Below the pieces are notes generated by a model that was given only the letters and a program-made list of their open reading frames with translations, did no database searches and was not told the origin of the DNA. A DNA stretch of 64,000 nt from Blepharisma stoltei ATCC 30299 (Eukaryota > Protista > Ciliophora). The DNA is taken from assembly GCA_965603825.1 (NCBI GenBank), contig CBFDEM010000058.1:783424-847423 (forward strand), written 5' to 3'. The translations under genes and the position numbers were made by a program. This document shows positions 1-11,507 of the stretch, piece after piece. The number at the start of each line of letters is the position of its first letter. Position 1 is the stretch's first letter.

Positions 1-2
1 TA

Positions 3-1652
3 AGTGAGCAGATTTATTTCGGGACTAATAATGGATCAATAATTACATACACCCTACGCAGTTACAGAATGATCCAAGAATTTTCTCCATTAAAGCTATG
101 CCCTATAAAATCTATATTTTCCAGCTGATATCTTTATATAAGCTACTCAGACGCAAATTTCCAAGTAATTTCCCTTTCCCAGAGATCAATCATATGTGAA
201 ACCTATGGCCATAACACCAAAATTATCTCTTTATCCTGATATGACAGATGAAATGTCATCACCGCTGCAAAATCTTTAAATATTTGAAGGCATTCAGGCA
301 AAGGCTGGACTCCTCAAACACTAGAAATAAATGACGAAATTTCTGCCTTAGGGGTGCACCCATTAAAAAAGGCTTTTTGTTTAGGGACTTTTAATGGGGT
401 TTTGCGGCTCTATGATTTTAAAGCTCAGCATCGGCTAATCCAAAGCTTCCAAATAGGCGCCTTACCAGTTTATGATATTGCTTATACAGATGATGGAAAT
501 TTTATAGGAATTGGTTTTACGTCTGGACAAGCTGTATTAATGGACCAATATTGTCAGCAAATTCTGGTTAGACTAGAAGATACCTGGTCTAGAAATGGGC
601 CTTGTTTGCAGACTGTGCAGCATTTGACTAATGCTTCTCAGGTAAAATTTTTGACTTTGCATGAAGAAGGATGTCTGCAGCTTCACCATATGGAAATTCG
701 GTATAATCAGCTGAATAAAACACAGTTTAATTTATTTTATATTGAAGGGAAATGTACAGGGTATTCATTACATGTGAGTGGGAATTATGCAATTGCGGTA
801 TCTGATATAGGAGCAATATATATTTTTAATGTGCAGCTAGGAAATATTACTGGGGTCATATCAATTGAACCGGAGCCTAAAGGATGTTTTCAGGATCCCT
901 CAGGATTATATATAGGAATCCTCATAAAAAATCCTGAAAATTGCTATACAACTCTAGTGTTATATGAAATTGGCACAGGCAGAAAAGCTGGAGAGCTATC
1001 GAAACTTGACAACTGCGATTCTTTAAATTCAATTAAATGGAACTTTGACGGACGATTCATAGTCATAGGCGGCTCTTCAGGAATTCTCTCTTTATGAAGA
1101 ACACCTGATCAAATTATCAATAAAATTACAGAAATGAATGACCATCTGCGCAGAGATAAAGAGTTTTGGACCCATTTCCCATTGGAACTTAATAATAAAT
1201 CATTGAGAAATGGGACAAATCCCTTGGTTTTTGATGCTACAGCTGAACTAAATGATACACAAGGAGCCTTTTATAACTCAATTGTAAAGCTAAAGAAGCA
1301 GCCACAGAGAAATTTGGTAAGAAATGAGCAGCTTTATGTGGTCACTGACGCGCCAGTAACATTGACAAGAAGGTCAAGATCTTCAAACCCTGTCAAAAAA
1401 ACTGTAAATAATGACCCAAATTTGTATTATTCATCAGCAAAAACAAATACTCAGTTCAGACCTAGAGGCATAACCAGTGTAGATTCTTTTACTATTGAAA
1501 GTGTAAACCAAACAGTGATGGAAGACCCAAGAGATATAGACATAGAATGCGAACAAATTGGAGTGAACAACGATTTTGAGTCTTTTTCAAACGGCACCAA
1601 TAATACAGAAGAAAGAGAACAGCTATATGGAGGTATTGATAGATTTTTATAA
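3..1652 (+). CDS. WD40-repeat protein, 3' part (begins upstream of the window)
   Basis: One frame is open from nt 3 to TAA 1652 when TGA=Trp. It joins ORFs 354-1097 and 1134-1652. WD motifs GHNTKI...LNI-W(TGA) and GGSSGILSL-W(TGA). Confidence 0.85.
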
Positions 1653-1679
1653 TTATGAAAAATTATCTCAGATTAATTA

Positions 1680-2234
1680 TTAACTATTAAGATCTGGCGT
1701 CTCATTACTCCTTTTTCCAATGCAATTTTTACACACCCTTACCTTTGTATTGTAGCCTAGCTCAGGAATGATTTCACGCTCCTTTGAGTCTTTTTTGCAT
1801 ACAGCCAACCCACATTTTCTACAATGATGCTGCCTTGTGACAGCTGTGAATTTCCCATTGCAGATTTTACAGCTGCTTGATCCTCTAGGATCATCCCAGT
1901 TCGGCCTTTGGGCGTGCTTAATTATAAGGCTCCAGGCTCGGTATTCTTGGACTGTTTCGCATTTAATTATCCATTGCTGAGTTTTCCCTTTTTTGTTTAC
2001 GACTTGGCACTCAATTGAGTTCTCTGAGCTGTTATCATAAGTAACTCTGAATTTATTATTAATTGTGGTGGAATTTTTGGGAGGAGTGCCAAGGGATAAG
2101 GAATAGCTGAGCTTTTTGTCGGAAAGGACAAGCCACCTTCGCTTTTCTTTGCTTTTGGAGACCATGATTACGTAGCCTTCTTTTTTTAGGTTGTCGCGAT
2201 GGAACTCAGGATGCTTTGATTGATTATGTCCCAT
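1680..2234 (-). CDS. PH + FYVE zinc-finger protein
   Basis: PH domain (KEGY..KRRWLVL...W), then FYVE motifs WDD..C..C...RQHHCRKCG..VC..RVCKNC. Confidence 0.9.
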   Translation of the reverse strand: MGHNQSKHPEFHRDNLKKEGYVIMVSKSKEKRRWLVLSDKKLSYSLSLGTPPKNSTTINNKFRVTYDNSSENSIECQVVNKKGKTQQWIIKCETVQEYRAWSLIIKHAQRPNWDDPRGSSSCKICNGKFTAVTRQHHCRKCGLAVCKKDSKEREIIPELGYNTKVRVCKNCIGKRSNETPDLNS

Positions 2235-2561
2235 ATTACAGATTTAATTAATTGATATTCGGTTTTTGGGAGAAAAAATTACAGTAAGAGGTTATTTAGA
2301 AAAATTATTAATTGTAAATTAATATAAATTAAAAATTAATCATAAATAGTTCAAATTTTAGCTTGATTAATTACTAATAAACTATTAGAAATTTGCAGAT
2401 ATAATTATTATTCGATTAATTGTGGTTTTTGTTTGCTTATGTCAAAAGAAATTTCAGTATTTAGAAGCCATTTTTCTAAAATCATATCAGAAAAAGCTCA
2501 TTATGAAACATTTTAAAAATAAATATGCATTAATTTATCAGAATAATTCTGATAATAAAAA

Positions 2562-3212
2562 ATGGCTTCAAAACTTATCTTCATTATTTGTATACTATCT
2601 CTAGTTCTCGCCCAACCTTCTCAAAATGACACAAGCACAAGCCAAAATACCACAATTCCAAGCCAAAATGTTACAAATTCATCATCCTCTTCTAACCAAA
2701 TCAACTCTTCTGGTGAGTCAAACATTTCTTCAAGCAACCAATCAAATATTTCTCAGTCAAATAGTACTTATTTTTATCAAGGAGGCATCGCTGAGACTCT
2801 TCTTGAGATGGCAAATGGATTTTTCGTTGGACTAAAGCGAAATCAAAGCCAAAGTTCTTCTTGTTATAATGACTCTGGAGTTTTAACTGAATTATCACAG
2901 GTAGTTTATATGGACATTATGGACTATGCGAGAGGAAATTCTTCAGCTAAAAACCAAATTTATATAAATTATGATAATTTGGAAAATTATTTTAATGATC
3001 GTGCAGAAAATGACTGTGATTGGGACTGGTTTTTTAAACTTTATGTAGAGATTTCTGTCGAAGGGCTGAGAAAAATTATTGATAGAATAGTAGGGAATAT
3101 CAATAGTGTAGCTAGTGAGTGGATGTCGCTAGATAACTGTACAAGCAACTATACAGCCTGTGGAGAAAACTGGGGAAGTTTGACGAGGCAGCTTGTTTTG
3201 TGGGAGATTTAA
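2562..3212 (+). CDS. Secreted/granule-type protein with signal peptide, S/N/T-rich linker and Cys-containing helical C-terminus
   Basis: N-terminal hydrophobic signal MASKLIFIICILSLVLA, many NxS/T sequons, TAA stop. Confidence 0.75.
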   Translation: MASKLIFIICILSLVLAQPSQNDTSTSQNTTIPSQNVTNSSSSSNQINSSGESNISSSNQSNISQSNSTYFYQGGIAETLLEMANGFFVGLKRNQSQSSSCYNDSGVLTELSQVVYMDIMDYARGNSSAKNQIYINYDNLENYFNDRAENDCDWDWFFKLYVEISVEGLRKIIDRIVGNINSVASEWMSLDNCTSNYTACGENWGSLTRQLVLWEI

Positions 3213-3515
3213 GTAGATAAATAATAATTTGAAAATTTTGAAATTAGAGTAACTTTTGTTAAATATCATAATGGAATATTAATCTCTTTAAAACCCCTCC
3301 ACAGACTGCATAAAAATGCCCACCTTATATAAAGATCTGTGATTAAATAAAAAATTACGATTAAAATAAGAATTTAATCAATTCATTACAATTAAAGTAA
3401 ATAATTTAAGGGTTTCGGTAATCTTGCAATGTCTTAATTTTATCTAGCAGTTTCTCGATTTCATCAGTTAAGTTTTTTCTCAAAGGTTTTTGGAAAAATT
3501 TTGTCTATAAATCAT

Positions 3516-3800
3516 ATGGATGAAGTAGTACGTAATATATTTCTTGGAAATTTATTAGCAGCTACTAATGAAAAGTTGCTAAGAGAAATTGGAATAAAAT
3601 ATATAATAAGAGTTTTAGATGACGAAAAAGTTGAGCTACTACCAGGATTTATATATTTTATATCAAAGCTAAGGACACTAAAACAGAAAATATTACAGAA
3701 TATCTATCTGAAGCCCTATATTTTATAGAAAAGCAGTTAAAAGCTGTACATTGCTATGCAAGAATTTCAAGAAGTCCTTAGCAAGTGATAACCCAGGTGT
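3516..3800 (+). pseudogene. Decayed dual-specificity phosphatase
   Basis: MDEVVRNIFLGNL..A.N..L...GIKYII is a DUSP N-terminus. A frameshift near 3655 leads to ...ENITEYLSEALYFIEKQLKAVHCYARISRSP (degenerate HCxAGxSRS), then TAG at 3779. Confidence 0.7.
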
Positions 3801-4634
3801 CCATGGCATCAGGATCCATATAAGAAAGAAGAGATCGTTGGACCTAATTTGCTGGCGAGACAACTCAACTGTTCAAGCCCCCTTCAGCAAATCGCAAAGC
3901 GGATTACACTGGCGGGATTTTCTGCTTAACAAATAAGACAGACCAACCTTGAACTAGTTAAGTCAAGCTAAGGCTTTAGATCATAGCGAAAGAGCACTAA
4001 AGAATTTTTTGATTAGCAACTGTGGAACGCTCAGAGATTGGTATCAAGCAGAAAATCCTTAAGATCTTTCAGAACTAGCAGCATTTGATTTCATATTAGA
4101 AGCCATAAACAGCTTAAACTTCGAGGAAGACGATAGGGAAATTACAAAGATATTGAAGCTTATAAATTGTTTGGCATATCTCAAACTAGTCGCAAACTTG
4201 TTTTTTAGTGATATAAACGAATTTTTGAACTCTAAACACAAAGAATCTATTATAAGCTTGCTGATTCAATCTTTGGCCAGCCTGCCTGAAGGTGTTATGC
4301 ATAAAGTTATAAATGCTTTGAAGTCAAGAGAAGTGTTTTCATTAATAGCGAATAGTGCTGACCCTATATATGAAAATCAATTGGGTCATTCAGTATAATG
4401 AAATTAGCACAATTACTATAAGGCTGTTATGCAATCGCACTGAGCACTTATATACTTCGCCACTATATGTTTTACTAAGTTTTATTCTTATCTTATAAAG
4501 CAAGTGTGCCAGAAGATTCCTAAAATTCATAAACCTATATTTCATAGTAGTTTTCTGCCCAAAATTTCTTATTTTCTTCTCATATTAGAAAAATTCCTTT
4601 ATTTCAATTCTATCTATAATCCTATTATCTAATA

Positions 4635-5876
4635 ATGAAGCTTTCTCCTGACTCTAAGTCAAAATCAAGCTCAAAACCCATCATCTCTTCTCGCCTTCCT
4701 AAAGCTTTTTCACAGCCACAAAAGCTCAAGAAAAAAGAAGAGCCACTTCTCCCGTCTGATGATTTTCAAAGTGTTTTGTCTCCGTTAAAGCATGAGCCAG
4801 GCCAATTTATCAAACTCTCAAAAGCTCTTAAACAAATAGAAAAAATCCCAGACAAGCCAGCTTCACAAGACCTTTTAGGACAATTTTCTAATCAAAATGC
4901 TTCACATTTGCCTCACATTCAGTTGGAAGATATGATTACCTTATCAAAATTAAACTCTTCATCGCTCAAAGGAACAGCAAGAAAGGTCCTGCATGCTCCA
5001 ACGCTAAAATTATATACAATAACACAAATCCCTATCAATTCAAGAGAAGAAGGGGCTGAACTGAAAGACTGGGTTGGAAAATGGCAGAGAGCACAGCAAA
5101 GACATAGAAGACTTGTAAAAATCATGGCCACCTTTTGGAATTCCCCTGAAGGCTGCTTAAGTGTGGTTGAGGAATTCATAGAAGGAGGAAGCTTGAAGGA
5201 TTTGTTGGAAAATGTAATTTGTATCCCTGAAAAGCAGCTTGCGAGAATTGCAAAAAAAGTTTTGGAATGCTTAGTATATTTTCATAAAAAGAATCGATAT
5301 TTAGGGACTATTTCAGCAAGCCAAATCCTCTTCACCAAAACTGGCTCAATTCGTCTTGGTCCTTGTCTGTCCCAAAGACTTGAAACAACTACCTTTTCAG
5401 AATCCTCCGATGTCTTTTCTCTAGGCATAATTGTCCTCTCTGCCCTTTGTAGTGATTTTGAAGTTTTAGAGCCCAAAACCTGCTGTATTTTTCATTCAAT
5501 CCCTCACAATCCTCTCTTAAGCAGATTTTCCCCACAAGTGAAGCTATTTTTGTGCCAAACCTTGCAAATTGATGAAAGATCTCGGCCTTCTTCTCAAGAA
5601 TTATTAGCCCAAGAATGGCTTGAACTTGTAGAATACCCAGGACCTTTGGTACAAATTCAAGACTTAATCAATATAAATTCTCCTATGGGAAACAGAGAGT
5701 ATTGGGAAGCGGCTGACGCACAGCTAGATAGGTTATGTGAAGCCTTGAAGGTTGTAATTGTAGGGCAGGGATATGGGAAGCCTGCTGAGGTAGCAATAGA
5801 ACAGCTAGCTGATGAGCTTGAAATTCCTGTACAGACAGTAGCAGAAAAAATACATAAAGTTTATGAAGAAATATAG
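4635..5876 (+). CDS. STE/MAP2K-like pseudokinase
   Basis: Kinase fold is recognisable (VVEEFIEGGSL, SDVFSLGI, RPSSQELL), but there is no Gly loop, beta3 Lys, HRD or DFG. Confidence 0.75.
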   Translation: MKLSPDSKSKSSSKPIISSRLPKAFSQPQKLKKKEEPLLPSDDFQSVLSPLKHEPGQFIKLSKALKQIEKIPDKPASQDLLGQFSNQNASHLPHIQLEDMITLSKLNSSSLKGTARKVLHAPTLKLYTITQIPINSREEGAELKDWVGKWQRAQQRHRRLVKIMATFWNSPEGCLSVVEEFIEGGSLKDLLENVICIPEKQLARIAKKVLECLVYFHKKNRYLGTISASQILFTKTGSIRLGPCLSQRLETTTFSESSDVFSLGIIVLSALCSDFEVLEPKTCCIFHSIPHNPLLSRFSPQVKLFLCQTLQIDERSRPSSQELLAQEWLELVEYPGPLVQIQDLININSPMGNREYWEAADAQLDRLCEALKVVIVGQGYGKPAEVAIEQLADELEIPVQTVAEKIHKVYEEI

Positions 5877-6108
5877 AGGATATGAAGGTAATTAAATTTG
5901 CTAATTTACTTTTAAAATCTTATAAAATTCTTTCAATAATTCAGGACATTTTTAAAAAAACATTTTTATTGGTAAAATATAAGATTATTAATTTATTGGG
6001 ATTTTAGATATCTAACTGAGTGCTTTAATAATTTTTTATAAATTTTATAATCAATGAGACTAAGCCGTTTTGGCAGGTAAGCTCAAAATTGCTAAAAACG
6101 CTTATAAA

Positions 6109-7569
6109 ATGGGAGCTAGTGTCAATTGTATGAGAACTCCAAAAGACAATATTGAAAAAGTTGAATTTAATATGCTCAATCGTCCTCTTTCTAAAGTCCA
6201 GTCAGAAATAATTGAAAAATCTCAAACAAAAATTGTTATTCATGGCATTACTAAGGCTTTTTTAATTAGAAAAAAAATTCAGCCTCATCTGGACAAAATC
6301 CGAGCAAGAAGAAACAAATTTAAACAAATAATCATTCAAGCACAAATTAAAGGCTTTTTAAAACGAAAGGAAATGATTCCGAAAATTATGGAAATTCGAT
6401 CAAAAAAATACGGTAATTTAGGATCTTTATTACAATTAATTGCAAAAAGCGTTTTGATTCGTAAGAAAAATTATCCAGCATTAAGAGAAATTGCAAATAA
6501 AAAATTGTCCCATTCTTTAGCTATAATAAAATCAATATGCAAATCTCACGTCGTACAAAAAATGATAAAACCCAAATTAAAAAAACTTAGAAGAAGAAAA
6601 TATAATTCACTCGGAATCCAGCTTCAGTCATTAGGGAGAAGTTTTTTAATAAGAAAAAGAAGCAAAATCCTTCTGAAAGAATTATATGAGTATAAAAGAA
6701 CTCACCCAAGACTGCCTTATGATTATTATAAAGGGAAAGTAAATGGTTTGAAAAGTGATAAAGTCAAAGAAATAGAAGAAAAAATAGGTAGATTTAAAAG
6801 ACCAAAATACCATGGGAAAGTCAAAGTAAATTATAGAAAACCTTTACAGCTAGAAAATTCTGTATATGATGGATACTGGGATTTAGAGACAAATAAAAAG
6901 CATGGAGTCGGAAAAGAATTCTTCAATGATGGAGCATTTTATTATGGACAATATAAAGCAGGATTATATCATGGGGAAGGAAGACTGATTTATAGCAATG
7001 GAGACTATTATCAAGGAAAATTCAAAAGAGGACTATACTCAGGATACGGAATTTTAATTAAAGCAGATGGAAGTATTTATAAAGGCTATTTCATTGACGG
7101 CATTAAAAACGGCGCTGGAAATGAAATATTGCCAGATGGGACTAGCTATGATGCCACTTATGTAAACGGCTTAAAAAATGGTCCGGGTATATACAAATCT
7201 CCAGATGGAAAATCGTATAAAGGTGACTTTCAGGATGATCTATACCAAGGAAAAGGGACTTTTCAATGGCCAGATGGAAAAGAATATACAGGCGATTGAT
7301 ATAAAGGAAGAATGCATGGGAAAGGAGAATTTAAATGGAGTGATGGGAGAAAATATGTAGGAGATTACAATAATGACAAAAAGCATGGTTTAGGACTTTT
7401 TATATGGCCAGATGGGAAAAAATATGATGGAGAGTGGGTGAATGGAAACCAGCATGGAGCAGGGAATTATACATTTTGGGATCCAAAGAGAAATATTTTT
7501 AAAACTTTACCTGGGACTTGGGCTGATGGAAAAAGAGTTTCTTGGACAACACCAGGTGATAGTAAATAA
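6109..7569 (+). CDS. MORN-repeat protein with IQ-like repeats
   Basis: ATG 6109 (MGASVNC). IQ-like repeats, then YxGxW/FxxGxxxGxG MORN repeats. TGA 7297 is the Trp in YTGD-W-YKGRMHGKG and joins the two track ORFs. Confidence 0.9.
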
Positions 7570-8509
7570 TTAGCTAATTTATTAAATGAAATAGACACTA
7601 ATATTTTGGAGCACTTATATTTAACACTAAAGGCTAATAGTAAATGAAATAATAAATAGTCTCTTGCCTTAATTATTATAATAATAGCCAGAGACGAAAT
7701 CTTAAAGTCTTCTATATATTTTCATACATACATTTATCTAGGTTTATATATGGCGTCATTAATTCAAGCGATAATCAATGATCATTCTGAGCATTTAGAC
7801 TACACTCTCAGCTGAAAAATGCAAGCGCTCTTAGATTTCTGACCCAAACAAAAAGGCAAAAAAAAAGATATTCATAAAAAATGTGATCAAAAGGATGAAT
7901 AAGGAAACAAATTTAATAAAGAATTTAAAGAGGAGGTGGTGGTTAAAGAAGAAACATGCAGAAAGACTTATAATAGCAGAAAAATGGTAGATTTGATTGA
8001 ATTAACACTAATATACGAAAAAACTTGCAATCTCAAGAGAGGCAGATAAATCAGAAAGATGCCCTTCTGAAATAAATGGACCTAAAAAATTAAAGGCTAC
8101 TAAAATAAAATGCTATATTAAAAGGCTTTATCGAAAGAGCGATGCTTATATTGAAAGATACGATGAAAGAGCCAGAAATACTTGTTCGATCACATAAAAT
8201 AGTTCTAATTTAATATTTGTAATAAAATTTTGATTGTTAAATACAAAAAATACCCTATAAATGGTACAATATAGAAAAAATCAAGATAAATAGGTTAATA
8301 GCAGCAAGTAAAATTAAAATCATCTTTGCTTTTTTATTTTGCCATAATCTAAGGAGAAGGTAAAATACCATTTAGTAAATTTTGTATGATAAGTGCTCTG
8401 GCCAGAATCATAAAAATAATTTCATTTATTTTCATATTCATAAGCCAAAATTTAACAATTTTGGCAGCTTTTATGTTCAGACTATTCTGTAGCATAAGTC
8501 TAAATAAAA

Positions 8510-10723
8510 ATGTCTTTAGCGGGACACATTCGAATTTTTCTTAGAGTTCGCCCAACTGAGCGACCATCTCGAGGAGTTTCCTTATCCGATGATAGCACCA
8601 CCCTAGATGTTCACATCCAAAAAAGAGACGCCAGAGATTACGTAAACAATCAAAAAGAAGACTATAAATTCCAATTTGATGAAATTCTCCCTATGAAAAC
8701 AAAGCAAGAAGAAGTCTTCGAAAAAGTCGCCAAAGAAATCGTGGACTCTGTGATGGAAGGATATAACGGCACAATCTTTGCATATGGACAAACTGGGTCT
8801 GGAAAAACTTATACCATTACAGGAGGCGCTGAAAGATATGCAGACCGAGGGCTGATCCCTCGTTCTATTTCTTATATATTTTCAGAAATGAGGAGAAAAA
8901 CAGATGCAAACTACAGAGTCAGCATTTCTTACTTAGAAATTTATAATGATGATGGCTATGACTTATTATACGAAGACCAGTCAGCTAGAAATCTGCATGA
9001 CCTCCCAAAAGTAATCCACAGAGAAGACGCCAATGGAAATATAACATTAAGCAATTTATCATTGAGAAGGACAGACACAGAAGAAGACGCCCTTAACTTA
9101 TTATTTATAGGTGACACAAATCGTGTTGTCGCTGAAACTCCCAAACACGACGCCTCTACACGGTCTCACTGCATTTTTATTATACAAATTGAAGCCCAAA
9201 AGCTTGGCAGCGACGTAAAAACAGTTTCCAAGCTTCATTTAGTAGATCTTGCAGGATCTGAAAGAGTCGGAAAAACCAACGTTGACGGCGTTTTGCTTCG
9301 AGAAGCCCGCTTTATTAACCAATCTTTACATTACCTTGAACAAGTTATAGTATGTCTCCAGAAAAAATCACAAGGCGAACAGATTTTTGTCCCTTATAGA
9401 AACTCTTTTATGACTTTAGTATTAAGAGACTCTTTAGGAGGGAACTGTAAAACTACTATGATTGCTGCTATGAGCTGTGAAGAAGGGGACATGGACGAAT
9501 CCGTTTCTACCTGCAGATTTGCCCAAAGGGTAGCTTGTATTAAAAATGAAGCTTCTAAAAATGAGCAGCTTGACCCTTCGTTGATTATACAAAGACTTAA
9601 AAGCGAAGTCGCTGAGCTTAAAGCAGAAATTAAGCTACTTAAAGGTGGAGAAGATGGAAGGGACCATTTATCAGCTGACGAGCTAGAAGAATGCAGAAAA
9701 ATGGTAGAGGAGTATGCAGAAAATCGAGACCCATATGCAAAATTAGTACTGAGTGATATGCTGAAAATAAATGAGTGCTTTTTGCATCTTAAAAGGCTTT
9801 ATAATCAGCTGAAATCACAAGGGGGAAGCACCAAAGGAGGGAACTATAAGCAGATTGACCAAGTTTCTAATGAAGAAGTAGAAAGACTGAGACTTTTAGT
9901 ACAGCAGAGGGATAATGAAATTGCTATATTACTAAGCCATTTAAATAAGCAAAAAAATGAGATGGGATCCCTAGTTTCTTTTCCTCAGCCAAGCTACTCA
10001 GAAGAAACCAAAGTCCCAGATTCTCCTCCAAAAAAAGTGGATATGAGCATGAGGATAAGGGAAAGAAATGCAGTAGAAAATCGGCAAAGCTTAATGGCCC
10101 CTACAAATATTGACGTCACTCCTGAGCAGCTGCAGGACAGGAATAAAGCTTTTGATATTTTCAGAAAAAGCTATAGGAAAAATGAAGCCATGGAAGAAAA
10201 TAAAGCACTTTTGAAAGAAAAAATCCAGAGGGCAAAAGACTTGACTGTGATTATTAATGGAGCAAGAGGCAGGATTGAGTCAATAAAAAATGAAATAGAG
10301 CAGCTGAGGAAGGAAAATGCTTTGCAAGGACTTGTGGATAAAAATAATGTACCTTTAGAGCATCCCAGAGAAGAAGGAATGAGAAATCAGCTGGAAAGCG
10401 ATAAACTGACTTATCGTGATGGTGTCGCTGAGTTGAAGGATCTAAAGGTGGAAATTGAAAGAATACAGAAATTGCTTAATGCGAGTAGAGAAAGAATGCA
10501 GGCTGATTTTGAAGCGTGGATACAAGTGATGCTAACTCAAACTAGGCAGACTCCGTCTACTACTATAAGAGACTCGTCAGTAAGAGACTCTGCAAGTATA
10601 AGGGAATCGTCAGTGAGAGATTCTGCAAGCATAAGGGAATCGTCAATTAGAGATCCAAGCGTAAATGACAACTTAGAAGCTTTTTATAAGGCTCGTGACC
10701 AAATTTATAATAGAATGAATTAA
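8510..10723 (+). CDS. KIF6: Kinesin-9 family motor (KIF6-like)
   Basis: GQTGSGKT P-loop, STRSH, LVDLAGSER, coiled-coil tail. The GGAERYADRGLIPR motif is typical of KIF6. Confidence 0.9.
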   Translation: MSLAGHIRIFLRVRPTERPSRGVSLSDDSTTLDVHIQKRDARDYVNNQKEDYKFQFDEILPMKTKQEEVFEKVAKEIVDSVMEGYNGTIFAYGQTGSGKTYTITGGAERYADRGLIPRSISYIFSEMRRKTDANYRVSISYLEIYNDDGYDLLYEDQSARNLHDLPKVIHREDANGNITLSNLSLRRTDTEEDALNLLFIGDTNRVVAETPKHDASTRSHCIFIIQIEAQKLGSDVKTVSKLHLVDLAGSERVGKTNVDGVLLREARFINQSLHYLEQVIVCLQKKSQGEQIFVPYRNSFMTLVLRDSLGGNCKTTMIAAMSCEEGDMDESVSTCRFAQRVACIKNEASKNEQLDPSLIIQRLKSEVAELKAEIKLLKGGEDGRDHLSADELEECRKMVEEYAENRDPYAKLVLSDMLKINECFLHLKRLYNQLKSQGGSTKGGNYKQIDQVSNEEVERLRLLVQQRDNEIAILLSHLNKQKNEMGSLVSFPQPSYSEETKVPDSPPKKVDMSMRIRERNAVENRQSLMAPTNIDVTPEQLQDRNKAFDIFRKSYRKNEAMEENKALLKEKIQRAKDLTVIINGARGRIESIKNEIEQLRKENALQGLVDKNNVPLEHPREEGMRNQLESDKLTYRDGVAELKDLKVEIERIQKLLNASRERMQADFEAWIQVMLTQTRQTPSTTIRDSSVRDSASIRESSVRDSASIRESSIRDPSVNDNLEAFYKARDQIYNRMN

Positions 10724-10970
10724 AAATATCAAAATTATATATAATACTTAGCAGATGGCTATTGCTTTAAGTTTGGTAAGCAATAATCTTAGTAAGTATT
10801 TAAGGCGTGGGCACACTTTTGATGTGATCTTATGCTCAGCCCTTCACTGCTCTCCTTAGAGACATGCTAACCTTGCCTGAAAAATCAATCCTTTGCTCCA
10901 GAATTTGTTAAACTGCTAAAAGATTGAGCTAAAGAATGCCTACAGTATGCTTAAACCCCGAGAGAACTAT

Positions 10971-11345
10971 GCAGCTGAGGAAGGAAAATCTTTGCAAGGG
11001 CTTGCGAATAAAAATATTATGCCTTTAGATCATCCAAAAACTAGAAAGTGGTAAAATAACTTATTGTGATGGCTTGAAGAGTTCAGATACTGTAAATACG
11101 ATAAAGAAAGGATGTAAGCAGATTTTGAAGCTTGGACGCAAGTGATGCTTGCACAAGCTAGGCAGACTCCATCAAACTTCATAAGTACTCCTCAGTAAGA
11201 GAGTCTGCAAAAAAGACTCTCCAAGTATAAGGGAACCGTCAGTAAGAGACTCTGCAACTGGAAGAGAATCGTAGAGTAGAGATCCAAGGATAAAAGGCTT
11301 GTTACCAAATTTATAAACGAATAAATTAATAAATAATATAAAATT
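10971..11345 (+). pseudogene. Degenerate tandem copy of the kinesin 3' end (about 10300-10740)
   Basis: GCAGCTGAGGAAGGAAAAT..TTTGCAAGG, GATTTTGAAGC.TGGA..CAAGTGATGCT and TCAGTAAGAGACTCTGCAA all recur, with indels and stops. Confidence 0.85.
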
Positions 11346-11507
11346 ATACCTATTTTAATGTTTATTTTTTATAATTAATTAATGCCAAAACAATAAATAA
11401 AAAATCCACATAAGGTCAGAAAATGCACCTTTATGAGATTTAGCTAAGACTTAGATTATATGTAACTCAATACCTTAAAAATATTTTGTGAAATAAACTA
11501 AATTTTA

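Noticed and set aside
7750-8200. Purine-rich coding-like stretch between the MORN and kinesin genes
   Set aside because: Multiple TAA stops in all frames and no recognisable motif. It may be a decayed gene but cannot be supported.
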